Of a stretch of DNA of 64,000 nucleotides, positions 60,023 to 64,000 are shown one piece after another; the first letter of the stretch is position 1; each line of letters begins with the position of its first letter. Below the pieces are notes generated by a model that did not search any database, was not told where the DNA came from, and was given only the letters and a program-made list of their open reading frames with translations. This stretch comes from Candidatus Latescibacterota bacterium (GTDB lineage Bacteria; Latescibacterota; UBA2968; UBA8231): assembly GCA_964291625.2 (NCBI GenBank), contig OZ220089.1, positions 3,360,001 to 3,424,000 of the forward strand, given 5' to 3'. The translations under genes and the position numbers were made by a program.

Positions 60023-61327
60023 TCAGGCCACCCGCACCGGCACCCGGTGGACGACGTTGCCGAGGTAGCCCTTGGGGTTCCAGGGCTGGCGGAAGGGCTG
60101 GGCGTTGTCCGCCTCGTCGAAGGCGCGGGCCCAGATCTCGTAGTAGCCCCGGGCGGCGAGGATCAGCTCGGCCGACCAGCCGTACCAGGCGTAGCGGTTG
60201 GCCGGCGGGGTCAGCCGCGTCTCCTGCCAGTGGACGCCGAAGTCCGTCGAGACCAGGACCCTGGCCACCTGGCCCTCGCCGGCCCAGGCGTGTCCCCTGA
60301 CCCGCAGCGGAACGCCCCGCTGCACCTCGGCCTCGGGCGCGGGAGCGGTGATGAGGGACTTGACCACCCACGAGGTGGCGATGGCCATGTCCGACTCCGG
60401 CGGCTGTTGGCCGGGCGCGACGGGATAGGCGGGCACCCGGTAGGAGTAGCCGCTCATGTGACGCGAGTCGTGGACGGTGTCGCGCACCTGGATGCGGTGG
60501 AGCCACTTCTGCATGGAGCTGCCGATCCAGCCCGGGACCAGCAGGCGCGCCGGGAAGCCGTGGGCCGCCGGCAGGGGCTCGCCGTTCATCTTGAGGGCGA
60601 TGAGGGTGTGCTCGTCCATCGCCTTGGCCACCGGGATGCCCCGGGAGAACACCGGCCGGTCCTCGCCGTGGTTGCCGAGGTACACGGCCTTCTCCGCCAG
60701 GCCGGCGGCCTGCAGCACGTCGCGCAGGCGCACGCCCGTCCACTCGCTGCAGGCCACGGCGCCGCGGACCCACTGGGTGCCGCCCACGGCGGGAGCGAAG
60801 AGGCTGCGGCCGTTGCCCGCGCACTCGACCACCAGCCGGCGGGTGACCTGGGGCAGGCGGCCCAGGTCGTCGTAGGAGAAGGCGCGCGGCGTGCGGACCT
60901 CGCCGTCGACGGTCAGCTTCCAGTCCTGCAGGTCGCGGCTGCGGGCGCGCTCGGGGATGCCGCCGTTGTTGCGCACGAAGTGGCGGCTCGTGGGGGTCAC
61001 CGCGTCGTCGAGCAGGTGCGGGGGGAACTCGCCGTTGAAGGGCTCCTCGGAGTGGACGATCATCCCCGGCTTGGGCAGCCCGTCTCCGGCCGTCACCGCC
61101 CAGGCCCCCGGGATGAGCCCGCGGCCGAAGAGGCCCCTCGCCGCCGCGTCGGGGCCGGCGCCGAGGACGCCGAGCCCGGCCAGCGCCGCTCCCTTCCCCA
61201 CGGACGACAGGAACCCGCGCCGCGAGGTCATGCGGTCGAAGCGGTCCAGCGCCTCCCCGCGGGCCCCGTTCTCCTCCAGCAGGTGGCGCAGCCTCTCCGG
61301 TTCCAGCGCGTGGTTCGATTCGGGCAT
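60023..61327 (-). CDS. Sulfite oxidase family molybdoenzyme, Tat-exported
   Basis: SRRGFL Tat motif; FVRN, ECAGNGR Mo-ligand Cys, HGFPARL, KWL and WNPKGY. Confidence 0.9.
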   Translation of the reverse strand: MPESNHALEPERLRHLLEENGARGEALDRFDRMTSRRGFLSSVGKGAALAGLGVLGAGPDAAARGLFGRGLIPGAWAVTAGDGLPKPGMIVHSEEPFNGEFPPHLLDDAVTPTSRHFVRNNGGIPERARSRDLQDWKLTVDGEVRTPRAFSYDDLGRLPQVTRRLVVECAGNGRSLFAPAVGGTQWVRGAVACSEWTGVRLRDVLQAAGLAEKAVYLGNHGEDRPVFSRGIPVAKAMDEHTLIALKMNGEPLPAAHGFPARLLVPGWIGSSMQKWLHRIQVRDTVHDSRHMSGYSYRVPAYPVAPGQQPPESDMAIATSWVVKSLITAPAPEAEVQRGVPLRVRGHAWAGEGQVARVLVSTDFGVHWQETRLTPPANRYAWYGWSAELILAARGYYEIWARAFDEADNAQPFRQPWNPKGYLGNVVHRVPVRVA

Positions 61328-61351
61328 GGGGTCTGCTGGCGGCTGCGGCCG

Positions 61352-62311
61352 TTACCCGTAGTGGAAGAGCACGCCCAGGGCCGAGCCCAGGTCGTCGACG
61401 AGCAGGTCGAAGGCCTGCTTCGCCTCCTGCAGGGGGAAGCGGTGGGTGATCATGTCCTCGGTGGCCAGGTGGCCCTCCGCCAGGAAGCGCGCCGCGTCCC
61501 GGCTGTACTCGCCCCGGGGCTTATCGCTGCGGATGCCGCCGACCACGAGCTTGCCCATGACGCGGCTGGCGTCGAGGGGGAGGGGCTGGCGGTGGTAGAG
61601 GCCGACGAGCTGGATCACGCCGCCGCCGGCGCACATCTCCTGGGCCTGGGCGAAGGACTGGACCCCGGCGGCGCCGCCGACGCAGTCGATGACCACCTGC
61701 GCTCCCCCGGGGCAGAGCCGCCGGACCGCCTCCACCGGGTCCTCCCGCGAGCAGTCCACCACGTCGTCGGCGAAGCGGGCGGCCAGCCGGCAGCGGCGCT
61801 CCAGTCCGTCCACGGCCACCAGCCGGCCCGTCTCCCGCTGGCGCACCACCTGCAGCAGGATGCTGCCCACCAGCCCCTGGCCGAGGATGACGACGCTGTC
61901 CCGCGGGCCGATCATGGCGCTGTCGGCCCAGGCGAGGCTGCTCGTGGTCAGGGGCAGGAAGGTGGCGGCCTCGAAGCCGACCTCGTCCGGCAGGGGCACG
62001 ACCCGGGGCCGCGAGGCCTGGCCGATGGCGTACTCGGCGTGGGGGGCGGAGACGACGACCCGGTCCCCGGGGCGGGGATCGTCGACCCCCGGTCCCGCCT
62101 CGGCGACGACGCCGGCGGCGGAGTAGCCCATGCGCGACGGGTCGACGGCGGTCTCGCTCAGGTAGCGGCCGCCGATCTCGGAGCCGCGGCTGATCAGGGA
62201 CGCCTCCAGGCGCACGAGGACCTCGCCCTCGGCGGGGCGCGGGACCTCGACGCGCTCGACGACGACGTTGCCGACGCCGTCGTGCTTGGCGGCTCGCAGC
62301 ATGGTGGCCAT
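61352..62311 (-). CDS. MDR-superfamily (zinc-ADH-like) dehydrogenase
   Basis: SLISRGSE, GYS, ILGQGLVG and ITHRFPL motifs; start 62311 or 62302. Confidence 0.85.
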   Translation of the reverse strand: MATMLRAAKHDGVGNVVVERVEVPRPAEGEVLVRLEASLISRGSEIGGRYLSETAVDPSRMGYSAAGVVAEAGPGVDDPRPGDRVVVSAPHAEYAIGQASRPRVVPLPDEVGFEAATFLPLTTSSLAWADSAMIGPRDSVVILGQGLVGSILLQVVRQRETGRLVAVDGLERRCRLAARFADDVVDCSREDPVEAVRRLCPGGAQVVIDCVGGAAGVQSFAQAQEMCAGGGVIQLVGLYHRQPLPLDASRVMGKLVVGGIRSDKPRGEYSRDAARFLAEGHLATEDMITHRFPLQEAKQAFDLLVDDLGSALGVLFHYG

Positions 62312-62403
62312 GGCCGCCAAAGGTAGGGCGGGAAGAGGCGCGGCGGCCACCGGCGGTACGGCGGGGCTGGCGCCGAGCGGGAGCGGGGACGAGTCTTTGC
62401 GCC

Positions 62404-63165
62404 ATGAAGGTCCTGATCACCGGCATGAGCGGCCTCATCGGCGGCGCCGTGCGGCGGCAGCTGGAGGGCCGCTTCGAGCTGTCGGCCCTGAACCGCCGCC
62501 CCGTGGAGGGAGTCCCCTGCCACCGGGCGGACATCGCCGATCTCGAGGCGATCCGCCCCGCCTTCGAGGGCGTGGACGCGGTCGTCCACCTGGCGGCGGC
62601 GATCCGCGGCGACTGGGAGACCCTGCTGCGCAACAACGTGGTGGGCACGCGCAACGTGCTGGAGGCGTCGTGCCAGGCGGGGGTGTCCCGCGTGGTCTAC
62701 GCCAGCAGCGGCTCGGTGGTCTCGGGCTGGGAGCGGGAGGAGCCGTACAAGAGCCTGGTCTCAGCGGATCCCGCCGACGTCCCCGCCTCCTGGGAGATGC
62801 TCACCCACGAGACCCCGCTGCGGCCGGCGGGCCTCTACGGCTGCACCAAGGCCTGGGGCGAGGCCCTGGCCCGGCACTACTCGGACTCCACCGGGCTCTC
62901 GGTGATCTGCCTGCGCATCGGCGCCGTCCGCCCCGAGGACCGGCCCCTGGAGCGGCGCGACGAGTCCGTGTACTGCAGCCAGGCCAACGTGGCCCTCCTC
63001 GTCGAGCGCTGCGTCACGGCGCCGGCGGAGGTCGGCTTCGACGTGTTCTACGCGGTCTCCGACAATCGGCTCAGCTACCGCGACACCGAGCACGCCCGCC
63101 GGGTCCTGGGCCACGAGCCGCTGGGCTCCGCCGATTGCCCACCGGAAAGCCCGCCCGTACCGTAG
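62404..63165 (+). CDS. NAD-dependent epimerase/dehydratase (uronate dehydrogenase-like)
   Basis: ITGMSGLIG, YASS, YGCTK and LRIG motifs. Confidence 0.85.
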   Translation: MKVLITGMSGLIGGAVRRQLEGRFELSALNRRPVEGVPCHRADIADLEAIRPAFEGVDAVVHLAAAIRGDWETLLRNNVVGTRNVLEASCQAGVSRVVYASSGSVVSGWEREEPYKSLVSADPADVPASWEMLTHETPLRPAGLYGCTKAWGEALARHYSDSTGLSVICLRIGAVRPEDRPLERRDESVYCSQANVALLVERCVTAPAEVGFDVFYAVSDNRLSYRDTEHARRVLGHEPLGSADCPPESPPVP

Positions 63166-63185
63166 TGAGAAAGGAAGGAGAGAGG

Positions 63186-63413
63186 ATGATCGACAAGATC
63201 GAGATCCAGTACTGCAGCTCCTGAGGCTACGAACCCCAGGCCGTCGGTCTGACGGCCGCAATCCTGAAGCACAAGAAGCTCGACCTCGGCCAGCTCGTGC
63301 TCCTGCCGTCCCACGGCGGGCGCTTCGAGGTCACGGTTGACGGCGAGCTGATCTTCTCCAAGCTAGCCGAGGGGCGTTTCCCCGAGGAGAGGGAGATCCT
63401 CGAGAAGATCTAG
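63186..63413 (+). CDS. SelW/Rdx-family selenoprotein (CxxU), 75 aa
   Basis: SD-like AAGGAGAGAGG; MIDKIEIQYCSS-U-GYEPQAV...GGRFEVTVDGELIFSKLAEGRFPE; in-frame TGA at 63222-63224. Confidence 0.95.
63239..63257 (+). promoter_or_regulatory. Bacterial SECIS element
   Basis: GGCCGUC-GGUCU-GACGGCC hairpin 14 nt after UGA; the apex resembles the E. coli fdhF SECIS (GGUCU). Confidence 0.8.
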
Positions 63414-63433
63414 CTTCGGGGAGATCCGCAAAG

Positions 63434-63483
63434 AGAGCCCGCCCGCGGTCCGGTGCATGTCGCCGGTTCCGCGGGCGGGCTCT
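63434..63483. terminator. Long hairpin between convergent genes, probable terminator
   Basis: AGAGCCCGCCCGCGG...CCGCGGGCGGGCTCT 15-bp stem. Confidence 0.65.
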
Positions 63484-63498
63484 TCTGGTTCTGGTGGG

Positions 63499-63735
63499 TT
63501 ACAGCAGCTTGACCAGCGCCGCAACCGCGACGACGGCAACGACGAGCATGCCGCCCATCATGCCCAGCCGGATGATCAGCCGCTGTTCCAGGCGTTCCAG
63601 GTCGTCCTTGGTCGCCAGCCGCTCGTCGATGAGCCTGGCCTGTTCGTCGGCCAGCGCTTCGGCCTGTTCTTCGGGCATCCCGACGCCTGTCAGGCGCTTC
63701 ACGAAGGCGTGCGTATCGAAGACGATGCTGGCCAT
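63499..63735 (-). CDS. DUF1640/CCDC90-like small coiled-coil membrane protein
   Basis: FDTHAFVKRL..GM.E.QAEA...LATKDDL plus a C-terminal TM helix. Confidence 0.8.
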   Translation of the reverse strand: MASIVFDTHAFVKRLTGVGMPEEQAEALADEQARLIDERLATKDDLERLEQRLIIRLGMMGGMLVVAVVAVAALVKLL

Positions 63736-63789
63736 AGCTCAACGAGAAGGTTCAACGGCGTCGGCGCAATGGAGCGGGCGGGTCGGTTG

Positions 63790-63886
63790 TGGCGGGAATG
63801 TGTGGGAATCGAACCCACCCGGCGCGGGAGACCGCGCCGCAACGGATTTGAAGTCCGCGAGGGCCACCAGAGCCCCAGCCATTCCC
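63790..63886 (-). tRNA. selC: tRNA-Sec (anticodon UCA)
   Basis: GGGAAUGG...GCGGA-CUUCAAA-UCCGU anticodon arm, 6-bp D stem, 8-bp variable arm, GUGGG-UUCGAUU-CCCAC T arm, G discriminator and encoded CCA. Confidence 0.97.
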
Positions 63887-63902
63887 TTCCGGCGGTGTCA
63901 GG

Positions 63903-64000
63903 TCAATCTCCGGCGGGGTTTCCGCCACTGTCAACCGCGCCGGGGACGAGGCGGCGGAGGGCGTCTTCCCGTTGGGTCAGGCCCTTGCCGTCGAAGTAGT
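63903..64000 (-). CDS. selB: 3' end of selenocysteine-specific elongation factor SelB (partial)
   Basis: Reads ..YFDGKGLTQREDALRRLVPG..*, matching the SelB winged-helix-4 pattern Y(F/L)DxxxxTxRxxxxR; stop lies 16 nt before selC. Confidence 0.75.
   Translation of the reverse strand, partial: YFDGKGLTQREDALRRLVPGAVDSGGNPAGD

Overview
High-GC bacterial window that is almost entirely coding. Gene content (phytanoyl-CoA dioxygenases, ankyrin/TPR/CRTAC1 proteins, DUF6785-like membrane proteins, FlgD-Ig proteins, a C-terminal 'TWGRIK' motif) suggests a Latescibacterota-like FCB-group organism, possibly a sponge symbiont; this is inference only. Main contents: (1) A selenocysteine system that the ORF track misses: the 3' end of selB, tRNA-Sec(UCA), and two UGA-recoded selenoproteins (SelW/Rdx-like with CxxU; ArsC/Spx-like with HNPGUSKSR), each followed by a SECIS-like hairpin. 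(2) An ~20 kb block bounded by two near-identical DUF6785-like polytopic membrane genes. It encloses a beta-propeller hydrolase, three paralogous secreted proteins sharing an FlgD/'TPNGDGxND' C-terminal domain ending VxVxY, a large acidic putative outer-membrane protein, a double-parvulin chaperone and a TPR-CRTAC1 pair; it is a candidate uncharacterised envelope export/uptake system. (3) An rfbF-rfbG-rfbH-GT2-membrane protein glycosylation cluster. (4) A sigma54-promoter/38-aa small protein/terminator unit. (5) vapBC with a palindromic operator, and a lower-GC patch of orphan toxin-antitoxin-like genes. Four single-base frameshifts, three in or next to G/C runs, are probably sequencing errors. 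No rRNA, CRISPR array, transposase or integrase was seen. All family assignments come from motif recognition, not database searches.
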